A stretch of 64,000 nt of DNA from Okamejei kenojei (taxonomy: Eukaryota). The translations under genes and the position numbers were made by a program. Below the pieces are notes generated by a model that searched no databases, had not been told where the DNA came from, and was given only the letters and a program-made list of their open reading frames with translations. Shown here piece after piece: positions 11,401-22,053 of this stretch (the first letter of the stretch is position 1; every line of letters starts with the position of its first letter). The stretch is taken from contig JAVHYY010000483.1 in the NCBI GenBank assembly GCA_035221665.1, forward strand, positions 1 to 64,000, given 5' to 3'.

Positions 11401-14400
11401 GCCCATATTTCCCGCAAGCCCGGGCAGGTTCACCTGGCGGGACAGGCAGAGTTGAGCTGGGTTTAGCTTTGGCTGTGGGGCCTGGGGAGTACAGCTCGCG
11501 TCTGATTCCCGACCTCTCTGGCCACCCGTGGGAGGGGTGGGGACGGGACGCGGGACAGCGCCGGAGACCCGGCCGGGATCGATCCTGGCTGCGGATGAGG
11601 CGCAGGTCTGCGCCCCTCCAATCACCGCGCTAAATCGTCATGTCCCGCCCCCATTGCCTGCTGAGAGATGTCCCCCCATCTCTCAAAACATGGGGTGGGG
11701 GGGGACATATCCCCTCTGGCCCCTCCCCCCACGTTTCCCGCCCCTGATTTACAAACAAACCGAACCGCTTACCAAGCGAGAGGGTCAAGGCTTCATCAAG
11801 GCTGACGTGAGCTACAAGGCAGCTGAAGGTGTCCCCGCGTCGGGGCTCGATCCGGATGTACTTCAGGATGTTGAAGGTCCAGTCTGTCTCGACCAGCAGT
11901 GGGGACGAGTGGACGGGGCCGGAGAAACGCTGGCCGTTGACCAGGAATTGTAGCTCAATCTCAAAAGGGTAGAACCTCTCGGCATAACAGTACAGGGTGT
12001 TGGGTCTCTGTGGGACGTAGTCCTCTTCTGTGTAGATGTGGACGATCGGTTTCTCTGCAACAGAGGTGAGACTTTAACAAGAGGAATCGAATATAGGAGT
12101 CCTTCTGCAGTTGTACAGGGCCCTAGTGAGACCACAGCCGGAGTATTGTGTGAAGTTTTGGCCTGTTGGCCTTCATAACAAGAGGAGTTGAGTATAGGAG
12201 CAAAGAGGTCCTTCTGCAGTTGTACAGGGCCCTAGTGAGACCACACCTGGAGTATTGTGTGCAGTTTTGGCCTGTTGGCCTTCATAACAAGAGGAGTTGA
12301 GTATAGGAGCAGAGAGGTCCTTCTGCAGTTGTACAGGGCCCTGGTGAGACCACACCTGGAGTATTGTGTGCAGTTTTGGCCTGTTGGCCTTCATAACAAG
12401 AGGAGTTGAGTATAGGAGCAAAGAGGTCCTTCTGCAGTTGTACAGGGCCCTAGTGAGACCACACCTGGAGTATTGCGTGCAGTTTTGGTCCCCTAATTTG
12501 AGGAAGGACATTCTTGCTATTGAGGGAGCCCAGCGTAGGTTCACCAGGTTAATTCCCGGGATGGCGGGACTGTCATACGCTGAGAGAATGGAGCGGCTGG
12601 GCTTGTACACTCTGGAGTTTAGAAGGATGAGAGGGGATCTCATTGAAACATATAAGATTGTTAAGGGCTTGGACACGCTAGAGGCAGGAAACATGTTCCC
12701 GATGTTGGGGGAGTCCAGAACCAGGGGCCACACACACACAAGTTTAAGAATAAGGGGTCGGCCATTTAGAACGGAGACGAGGAAACACTTTTTCTCACAG
12801 AGAGTGGTGAGTCTGTGGAATTCTCTGCCTCAGAGAGCGGTGGAGGCCGGTTCTCTGGATGCTTTCAAGAGAGAGAATTAAATAGAACTCTTAGAGATAG
12901 CGGAGTCTGGGGGATATGAGGAGAAGGCAGGAACGGGATGCTGATTGCGGATTAACAAGTTTATCGGGAAGGCCGGCTCTATCCTGGGGGCGGAGTTGGA
13001 GCTGGAGTTGGATTTACGGGGAGTGGCCTCGGAGGGGAGGATGCTCCTCAAACTGCGGAGCATCCTGGAACAGTGCAGCTCACCCCCCTCCGTGACACGC
13101 TGGTCAACCTGAGGAGCACCTTCAGCAACAGACTGGTCCCCACCGAGATGCAGCGCAGAACGCCACAGGAGATCCACAGGAGATGCTGGAGCAACTCAGC
13201 GGGTGAGTCAGCATCTACGGAGCGAAGGAATGGGTGACGTTTGTCCTGGGGCCTCCTCCATTGTCAGAGTGAGGCCCAGCGTATATTGGAGGAGCAGCAC
13301 CTCATATTTCGCTTAAGTAGTTTGCACGAACATTGACTTCTCTAACTTCAGATAGCCCTTGCTCACCCTCTCTCTCCATCCCCTCCCTCTTCCCCGATCC
13401 CCCCCACTAGTCTTACCGTCCCGACTAAATTCTTTTCTGTGTCCCGTCCCTTCCCCTGACACCAGTCTGAAGGAGGGTCTCGACCCGAAACATCGCCCAT
13501 TCCTTCTCTCCATAGATGCTGCCTCGCCCGCTGAGTTACTCCAGCATTTTGTGTCTGTCTTCCCACCGTGGGGTAGACTGAGACTGACTCTCCAACCCCC
13601 CCCCCCCCTCCGGCCCATCCGGCCCTTCCAGCCAGCACCGCCATTCACTGTGATCACGGCTGATCATCCCCAATCAGTTCCCCGTTCCTGCCTTCTCCCC
13701 ATATCCCCTGACTCCGCTATCTTTAAGAGCCCTATCTAGCTCTCTCTTGAAAGTATCCAGAGAACCGGCCTCCACCGCCCTCTGAGGCAGAGAATTCCAC
13801 AGACTCACCACTCTCTGTGAGAAAAAGTGTTTCCTCGTCTCCGTTCTAAATGGCTTACTCCTTATTCTTAAACTGTGTGTGTGCCCCTGGTTCTGGACTC
13901 CCCCAACATCGGGAACATGTTTCCTGCCTCTAGCGTGTCCAAGCCCTTAACAATCTTATATGTTTCAATGAGATTCCCTCTCATCCTTCTAAACTCCAGA
14001 GTGTACAAGCCCGGCCGCTCCATTCTCTCAGCGTATGACAGTCCCGCCATCCCGGGAATTAACCTGGTGAACCTACGCTGGGCTCCCTCAATAGCAAGAA
14101 TGTCCTTCCTCAAATTAGGGGACCAAAACTGCACACAATACTCCAGGTGTGGTCTCACCAGGGCCCTGTACAACTGCAGAAGGACCTCTTTGCTCCTATA
14201 TTCGATTCCTCTTGTTATAAAGGCCAACATGCCATTGGCTTTCTTCACTGCCTGCTGTACCTGCATGCTTACTTTCATAGACTGATGTACAAGGACCCCC
14301 AGATCCCGTTGTACGTCCCCTTTTCCCAACGTGCCGTGTTGAGATTGATGCCGCCTCACCCGCCGAGCTTCTCCAGCACTTATTGACGACATTCCTTTGG

Positions 14401-17400
14401 TTTAGTTATGTTTCATTCGCAAGGAGAGGAAGGAGAAACATAGAAAATAGGTGCAGGAGGAGGCCATTCGGCCCTTCGAGCCACCACCGCCATTCATTGT
14501 GATCATGGCTGATCGTCCGCTATCAATAACCCGTGCCTGCCTTCTCCCCATATCCCTCGACTCCACCAGCCCCTAGAGCTCTATCCAACTCTCTCTTAAA
14601 TCCATCCAGTGATTTGGCCTCCACTGCCCTCTGTGGCAGGGAATTCCACAAATTCACAACTCTCTGGGTGAAAAAGTTTTTTCTCACCTCAGTCTTAAAT
14701 GTCCTCCCCTTTATTCTAAGACTGTGTGTGGCCCCTGGTCCTGGACTCGCCCAAGATTGGGGACGGAGAAGAGGCAGCCTCTGCTTCCCTCGCACGCCGA
14801 CTTACTGCCGCCGATGGGTTGGTCCTTGGCGCCGGCCGTCAGCTCGCTCAGGTCGCCCCGGAGCTGGGCCTGGAAGCCCTCGGCCCTCCGCGCAAAGTAG
14901 GCCACCTCCGCCTCGCCCAGCTCCGCCCTCCCGTCCGTGGCCTGGCCGTTCACGAAGAAGGCGCGCGCCTCGTGGTCGTAGGCGAGGAACGGCACGGCGT
15001 TCACGCTGAGGATGTCCAGAGTCTTCCCCGAGCCCGACGAGCCCCGGGCGTAGACAAAATGCTCAGACACCGTCTTGATCTCTGGTGGGGGCGGGAGAAC
15101 ATGGGAGAAGAGAGTCAACAGTGTTAGTCAAGTCAAAGGTGCTGGAGAAACTGAACGGGTGAGGCAGCAACTATGGAGCAAAGGAAATGCTGGTCCCCTA
15201 ATATGAGGGAGGACATTCTTGCTATTGAGGGAGCCCAGCGTAGGTTCACCAGGTTAATTCCCGGGATGGCGGGACTGTCATACGCTGAGAGAATGGAGCG
15301 GCTGGGCTTGTACACTCTGGAGTTTAGAAGGATGAGAGGATATCTCATTGAAACATATAAGATTGTTAAGGGTTTGGACACGCTAGAGGCAGGAAGCATA
15401 TTCCCGATGTTGGGGGAGTCCAGAACCAGGGGCCACAGTTTAAGAATAAGGAGTAAGCCATTTAGAAACATAGAAACATAGACAATAGGTGCGGGAGTAG
15501 GCCATTCGGCCCTTCGAGCCTGCACCGCCATTCAATATGATCATGGCTGATCATCCAACTCAGTATCCCGTACCTGCCTTCTCTCCATACCCCCTGATCC
15601 CTTTAGCCACAAGGACCACATCTAACTCCCTCTTAAATATAGCCAATGAACTGGCCTTAACTACCTTCTGTGGCAGAGAATTCCACAGATTCACCACTCT
15701 CTGTGTGAAAAATGTTTTTCTCATCTCGGTCCTCAAAGACTTTCCCCCTTATACTTAAACTGTGACCCCTTGTTCTGGACTTCCCCAACATCGGGAACAA
15801 TCTTCCTGCATCTAGCCTGTCCAACCCCTTAAGAATGTTGTACGTTTCTATAAGATCCCCCCTCAATCTTCTAAATTCTAGCGAGCACAAGCCGAGTCTA
15901 TCCAGTCTTTCTTCATATGGAAGTCCTGCCATCCCAGGAATCAGTCTGGTGAACCTTCTCTGCACTCCTTCGGAGATCTCGGAGAAAACCCGCGGGGGGA
16001 ACGTGCTAACTCCTCGCAGACCGCACGATCTTCCTGTCCAACAACTTAAGAAATTTGTTGGTCTCTATGAGATCCCCCCTCAATCTTAGGGGGGGGGGGA
16101 TCTCATAGAAGGGTGAAAGGTCAATAGAAGGATGTTCTTTAAAGAAGGAGATGAGGAGGAATTTCTGTAGAGAATCTCTGGAATTAATACATTAATTTTC
16201 ACACTGAATTAATGCACATTATTGCACTATTAATTAATAATAATAATATATGTTGTCGTTGCACAGAGGTAAAACGAGATTTGATATGCAGCTTCCATCC
16301 GATGTAATAACCTAATTAACTAAAAATTTAGACACACAGAGAAACAAGATTTTTAAAAAAACAGTATAAAGTGCAAATATATCTGTGCCGGGTTGTTGCG
16401 CGATGTGACCATCTCAGGGAGACAGTTCACGTGGGGGGCACTCGGCAGGGCCGGTTCAGAGCAGCTATAGCTCTTGGGGGTGAAGCTGTTCCCAAGTCTG
16501 GAGGTGCGGGCGTAGAAGGCCTTGTAACGTCTGCCGGAAGGTAGGAGTTCGAACAGACTATTGCAAGGGTGTGAGGAGTCTTTGCGAATGCTGACGGCCT
16601 TCCCGAGGCACCGTGTAGTGTAGATGACAGTGCGATAATAACAATAACAGTCTAAGTAATTCAGAGCTTGTCGATTCTAGTGTATAATAGCCTGATGGCT
16701 CTACAGAAGAAGCTGTTCCTGAACCTGGACCTTACGGTTTTCAAGTTCCTGCACCTCCAACGAAAGGTAGAAAGAGTACTTATTAAATGTGCATAAATGC
16801 TCAATAAACGTAAGACACACTTTAATACAATTTAAACTTTTACACAGATTATACTACTCAAAAACTAAATTAAATAAATTCTTCCCCAACTTGTGATCAA
16901 TGCCAGTTTCAGGAAGCTGCGAGAGCGCACTCATTCACCTTTTGTACCAAAATTCAAAGGTTTTGGATTGAAAACCTTTGAAGGTTCACAAAATTGTTAA
17001 AAAATAAAAATGACACCAAAGCCAGAATGGATTATTTTTGGAATGACAGAAGGTAGTCCGGAATTAAATGTGTATCAAAAGAATCTATTTGATTACGACT
17101 TAATAATAGGATAAAAAGCTAATCTTAAAATTCTGGGAAAATGCTCCCACAGCAACTTTAAATATGTGGATTTCAACTATGTTTGAAACACTACAATCTG
17201 GAAGATATGAGACTCTGCCTGGCAGAAAAATCAGATTGTTTCTATCAGACGTGGTCTGTATTCATAGAATTACTACAAAGATAGGCTGCAAAAATACCTC
17301 GGGTCTTGGTGTGGGGGGGGGGATGAAAAACTGATTCCTGGGATGGCAGGACTTCCATATGAAGAAAGACTGGATAGACTCGGCTTGTACTCGCTGGAAT

Positions 17401-20400
17401 TTAGGAGATTGAGGGGGGATCTTGTAGAGACTTACAAAATTCTTCAGGGGTTGGACAGGCTAGATGCGGGAAGATTGTTCCCGATGTTGGGGAAGTCCAG
17501 AACAAGGGGTCACACAGTTTAAGGATAAGGGGGAAGTCTTTTAGGACTGAGATGAGAAGATCTTTTTTCACACAGAGAGAGTGGTGAATCTGTGGAATTC
17601 TCTGCCACAGAAGGTAGTTGAGGCCAGGTCATTGGCTATATTTAAGAGGGAGTTGGATGTGGCCCTTGTGGCTAAAGGGATCAGGGTATGGAGAGAAGGC
17701 AGGTACGGGATACTGAGTTGGATGATCAGCCGTGATCATATTGAATGGCGGTGCAGGCTCGAAGGGCCGAATGGCCTCCTCCTGCACCTATTTTCTATGA
17801 TTCTATCAAGTTGGTAGATTCATTTTGCGTGATCGATATAATATAGTAACTGGCTTTTTTCTTTTTTTTTCTCTCTTTTTTCTTTTTGGTTTCTTGGATC
17901 TATCTTTTAATTCCCTTTCTCTAATTCTTTAACCAAGGGTTTTTTTTCCCCCTTTGGCACGTTCTTTCACTTTCACAACTCTTTTCACCTACTTTCACTC
18001 TTTTTATATATTTTTTTCTTAAAAGCCATAAAATTTTGATTGTAAAAATATTTTTTTAAAAAGAAGTGGGGGCCCCTGGTGAAGCTGGTGGCCTTTTCGA
18101 GGCTGCGGCTCCTGGTAAATCCCTTCGATGGGTGGGGGAGGGCAGAACCCGTGATGGGCTGGGCTGCCAGCGTTCACAACTTTTTGTCACCAAACCCGCA
18201 GTGAAACACGAGGGAGGAGAGCGAAAAGGCAATCCGCAGATGTTGGAAACCTGAGGTAAAACTGAAGAACGAGTGCTAAACGAGAGGTCATCCTTCTCGG
18301 CCCCTCGGACTCAATCAAAATGATAGCAGGCAGCCTTGGAAGCCTGACCCCACTACTCAAACCTCACGTCAAAAAACCTTGGTGTGATATTTGACTCAGC
18401 AATGAAATTTGACAAACAAGACAAACAAGTCGGCTTGTACTCGCTGGAATTTAGAAGATTGAGGGGGGATCTCATAGAGACTTACAACATTCTTAAGGGG
18501 TTGGACAGGCTAGATGCAGGAAGATTGTTCCCGATGTTGGGGAACTCTAGAACAAGGGGTCACACAGTTTAAGGATAAGGGGGAAGTCTTTTAGGACCGA
18601 GATGAGAAAAACATTTTTTCACACAGAGAGTGGTGAATCTGTGGAATTCTCTGCCGCAGAAGGTGGTTGAGGCCAGTTCGTTGGCTATATTTAAGAGGGA
18701 GTTAGATGTGGCTAAGGCGATCAGGGGGTATGGAGAGAAGGCAGGTACGGGATACTGAGTTGGATGATCAGCCATGATCATATTGAATGGCGGTGCAGGC
18801 TCGAAGGGCCGAATGGCCTCCTCCTGCACCTATTGTCTATGTTTCTAAGTCAATGCCATGGTAAAAGCTAGCTTCTTTCAGCTTCGGACGATAGCTAAAA
18901 TTAAACAATTCCTCCAGTTTGATGACCTCGAAAATATCATCCATACATTTATCTCCGCCCGCCTCGATTATTGCAACTCCCTCTACACTGGCATCAGCCG
19001 ATCTTCCCTGTCCTGCCTGCAACTGGTCCAAAACGCCGCAGCGAGACTCCTGACGGGCACCCGAAAAAGGGACCACATCACCCCGATCCCGGCCTCTCTC
19101 CACTGGCTCCCCGTGCCGTTCCAAATACATTAAAAGACCCTCCTCTTTGTCTACAAAGCCCTCAATGGGCTTGCCCCCACCTACATTAAAAGTCTGCTCA
19201 CCCACCACACCACCTCCAGGTCCCTCAGATCGGCCGACTTGGTGTTACTGAACATAGAAACATAGAAAATAGGTGCAGGAGTAGAGGCCATTCGGCCCTT
19301 CGAGCCTGCACCGCCATTCAATATGATCACGGCTGATCATCCAACTCAGTATCCCGTACCTGCCTTCTCTCCGTACTCCCAGATCCCTTTAGCCACAAGG
19401 GCCACATCTAACTCCCTCTTAAATATAGCCAATGAACTGGCCTCAACTACCTTCTGTGGCAGAGAATTCCACAGACTCACCACTCTCTGTGTGAAAAATG
19501 TTTTCCTCATCTCGGTCCTAAAGGAATTTCACCTTATCCTTAAACTGTGTGACCCCTTGTTCTGGACCTCCCCAACATCGGGAACAATCTTCCTGCATCT
19601 AGCCTGTCCAACCCCTTAAGAATTTTGTAAGTCTCTATAAGATCCCCCCTCAATCTTCTAAATTCCAGCGAGTACAAGCCGAGTCTATCCAGTCTTTACT
19701 CATCTGAAAGCCCTGCCATCCCAGGAATCAGTCTGGTGAACCTTCTCTGTACCCCCTCTATGGCAAGAATGTCTTTTCTCAGATTTGGAGACCAAAACTG
19801 TACGCAGTACTCCAGGTGTGGTCATCCGGCGGTCTAGGCTTAAGCTCAGGGGCGACCGACCGAGCCTTTGCAGCTGCAGCTCCTAAACTGTGGAACAGCA
19901 GCCCTCTTCCCATCGGAACTGCCCCCTCCATCGACTCTTTTAAGTCGAGACTTAAAACTCATCTTTACTCTCAAGCCTTTCTTGACGTCCTCTGAGCGAG
20001 GTCTGTATGTATATATGTATGTAGTTTGTTTGTTTACACTATTCTTATAACAAATGTGAAGCACTTTGGCCAACGAGAGTTGTTTTTTAAATGTGCTATA
20101 GAAATAAATGTGTCTAGACTTGAATTAAAAAAATACAAGGGAGAAAAATAAGACACACAGCCGCTGTGAACAGCACACAAACAAACTTTTTTCACTGCAT
20201 CAGTACTCGTAATAATAATAAACTGATAAATAGTTAGCAGCTGGGCTTATATACTCTGGCATTTAGAAGGATGAGAGGGGATCTTATTGAAACATATAAG
20301 ATTATTAAGGTAGACAAAAGTGCTGGAGAAACTCAGCGGGTGCAGCAGCATCTACGGAGCGAAGGAAATAGGCCGAAACCCTTCTTCAGGCTCTTTATTA

Positions 20401-20664
20401 AGGGTTTGGACACGCTAGAGGCAGCACCTCTACTCCTGCACCTTTTGTCTATTGCCTATACCATTAACCTGCTGAGGCAAAGTATGTCTGAAGAAGGGTC
20501 ACAACCCGAAACGTCACCCATTCTCTCCAGCGATGCAGCCTGTCCCCGCTGAGTTACGCCAGCATTTTGCGCCCTACCCTTTGGTGTAAAACCTCCTACT
20601 CACCAATCTCTGCCACGGCTGCAGCCAGAGACAGCAGGACCGTTAGCGAGCCTCGGGGACCCAT
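8359..20664 (-). CDS. WA: MHC W-category alpha chain (class II-like architecture, beta2m-like alpha2); join complement(20604-20664,14806-15081,11773-12054,10477-10588,8359-8428), 266 aa
   Basis: Five exons with GT-AG boundaries and matching phases (1,1,1,2); total 801 nt, open to TAG. Leader, groove domain, Ig-C1, CP/TM with CxxGxxxGxxG, and cytoplasmic tail. Confidence 0.88.
10477..10588 (-). CDS. WA: WA exon 4, connecting peptide + transmembrane ([37 protein letters not shown])
   Basis: TGCAG acceptor and GTAAGG donor; MHC class II alpha TM signature CxxGxxxGxxG. Confidence 0.88.
11773..12054 (-). CDS. WA: WA exon 3, alpha2 Ig-C1 domain, beta2-microglobulin-like
   Basis: 282-nt phase 1-1 exon, not present in this frame in the ORF track: [93 protein letters not shown]; contains C...FYP...CxVxH. 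Confidence 0.93.
12075..12950 (+). mobile_element. CR1-clade LINE (HER1-like) 3' fragment with 109-bp tandem duplications
   Basis: RT C-terminus [19 protein letters not shown]...WNSLP; unit starts at 12160, 12269 and 12378. Confidence 0.9.
13610..14330 (-). mobile_element. CR1-clade LINE 3' fragment
   Basis: ORF 13868-14392 ([12 protein letters not shown]...VRPHLEYC) plus the typical 3'UTR. Confidence 0.9.
14806..15081 (-). CDS. WA: WA exon 2, alpha1 groove domain ([14 protein letters not shown]...[14 protein letters not shown]...KDQPIGG)
   Basis: 276-nt phase 1-1 exon, CCAG acceptor and GTAAGT donor; [11 protein letters not shown] resembles class I alpha1 YVDDTQFVRFD; no Cys. Confidence 0.85.
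15190..15970. mobile_element. Two CR1 LINE fragments, tail to tail
   Basis: + fragment 15190-15470 and - fragment 15465-15970. Confidence 0.8.
16870..17290 (+). mobile_element. L1-clade LINE ORF2 3' remnant
   Basis: Degenerate Cys-rich C-terminus (FPTCDQC...H.F...KIQRFW); similar to 30500-31160. Confidence 0.55.
18280..20110 (+). mobile_element. L2-clade LINE 3' fragment interrupted by two CR1 insertions (~18430-18847 +, ~19252-19824 -)
   Basis: KNLGVIFDS...[10 protein letters not shown]...[12 protein letters not shown]...HITP.L.SLHWLPV; the L2 sequence resumes after each insertion. Confidence 0.85.
20604..20664 (-). CDS. WA: WA exon 1, signal peptide [20 protein letters not shown]
   Basis: ATG at 20664, hydrophobic core, phase-1 donor G|GTGAGT at 20604; lies in non-repeat sequence. 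Confidence 0.8.
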
Positions 20665-21980
20665 GTTCCAGAGCAAACTGTCTCCCCGGAGACTTGTACA
20701 GAGGAGCTCCTGTTAACGAACTTTGCGAAGAGTTTTTGCAGGTGCAGGCTCAACCCAATAACCTGTATAATTGAAGTTCCATGCATTTCACAAGCAATGT
20801 TAATTGCTAGGGTGTGTGCCAAACCAAAATTGGCCCAGGTTCAAATTCATCAAACATTGCCTCCAGGAACTTCCCCAGAATGTACGTCACTATTTTTATG
20901 AAGAGGACATTGTTGTCTTTCGAAAATCAATGTCTATTTGCAGTTCCTCATGTCTCCCATTCCTTCTCGCCAATTGTGAAACTGCTTGCGGTTCACCTCA
21001 GCGAGCGACTGTCTCTGTCACACGCATATTGTGAGAAAAAAAAATGCTTCTCCGTGGTGCTTTGGGTTTGGACACACGCTAGAGGCAGGAACCGCGGTCC
21101 CCGGTGTTGGGGGAAGTCCAGAACCGGGGGCCACTCACAGTTTAGGAATAAGGGGTCCGCCATTTGGAACGGAGACGAGGAAACACTCCTCCACCCAGAG
21201 AGTTGCGAGTCTGTGGCCATTTCGGACTGAGACGAGGAGAAACTTTTCCGCCCAGGGAGTTGTGAGTCGGTGGAATTCTCTGCCTCAGAGGGCGGTGGAG
21301 GCCGCTTCTCTGGATGCTTTCAAGAGAGAGCTAGATAGGGCTCTTAAAGGCAGCGGAGTCAGGGGATATGGGGAGAAGGCAGGAACGGGGATGATCAGCC
21401 GTGATCACATCAAAATGGCGGTGCTGGCTCGAAGGGCCGAATGGCCTCTACTCCTGCACCTATTGTCTATTGTCTATTTAATATCGCGGCGAGATTATTT
21501 CCTTCTGTTGCTGTAAAGTGTTGCCAAATCCCCGATTAGCAACAAGAGCTGCTGCCAAAGCCCCGGGTTCGATCCTGGCCGCGGGCTGCTGCCTGTACGT
21601 TCTTCCCCGTGACCGCGTGGGTTTTCTCCGGGTGCTCCGGTTTCCCCCCCGCACCCCAATGACGCACAGGTTTGCAGGCGAGTTGACGTTGCGGAATTGT
21701 AAATTGCCCCTGGTGTGCGTGGTGCAGTGTCAGTGGGCAAGGATCGCTGGTCGGCTCGGACATAGTAGGCCGGAGGTCCTGTTTCTGCGCTTTCCCCTCA
21801 CCGCCCCACCCACAGGAAGGAGATAAATGATCCCGCACAGATTAATTTTGAAAACAAGCTGGTGCCTGTTTCCAGAGGGTGGAGTCGGATAGATTGCTTG
21901 CATCTGAACCTCCCGCCTCAGTTCATTCACTCTCCCAGACGATTCAGACGGATCGAGAACCCTTTGCTTCCCCGGAAAAG
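20665..21980. promoter_or_regulatory. Putative bidirectional promoter region between the divergent WA and WB start codons (1316 bp; contains a CR1 3' fragment ~21062-21478 and a SINE ~21560-21790)
   Basis: Position between two divergent ATGs; no transcription data. Confidence 0.5.
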
Positions 21981-22053
21981 ATGAGAGTGACGCTCCTGGC
22001 CATTCTTCATGCATTTGTTTCAATCGCAGAAGCGCTTGCCAGCAACCAAAGTG
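21981..22053 (+). CDS. WB: WB exon 1, signal peptide [24 protein letters not shown]
   Basis: AAGATG start, hydrophobic leader, phase-1 donor G|GTAAGT. Confidence 0.82.

Noticed and set aside
11773-12054. Calling this exon B2M
   Set aside because: It is flanked by phase-compatible alpha1 and transmembrane exons; true beta2m is a soluble single domain.
8359-20664. Calling the pair classical class II (DAA/DAB)
   Set aside because: Alpha2 has DWTF and lacks the C-strand Trp, beta2 lacks Trp153, and beta1 begins with class I alpha2-like motifs.
20755-20812. Canonical SXY module upstream of WA
   Set aside because: The X-like and Y-like motifs are ~52 nt apart rather than the strict canonical spacing; kept only as a weak hint.
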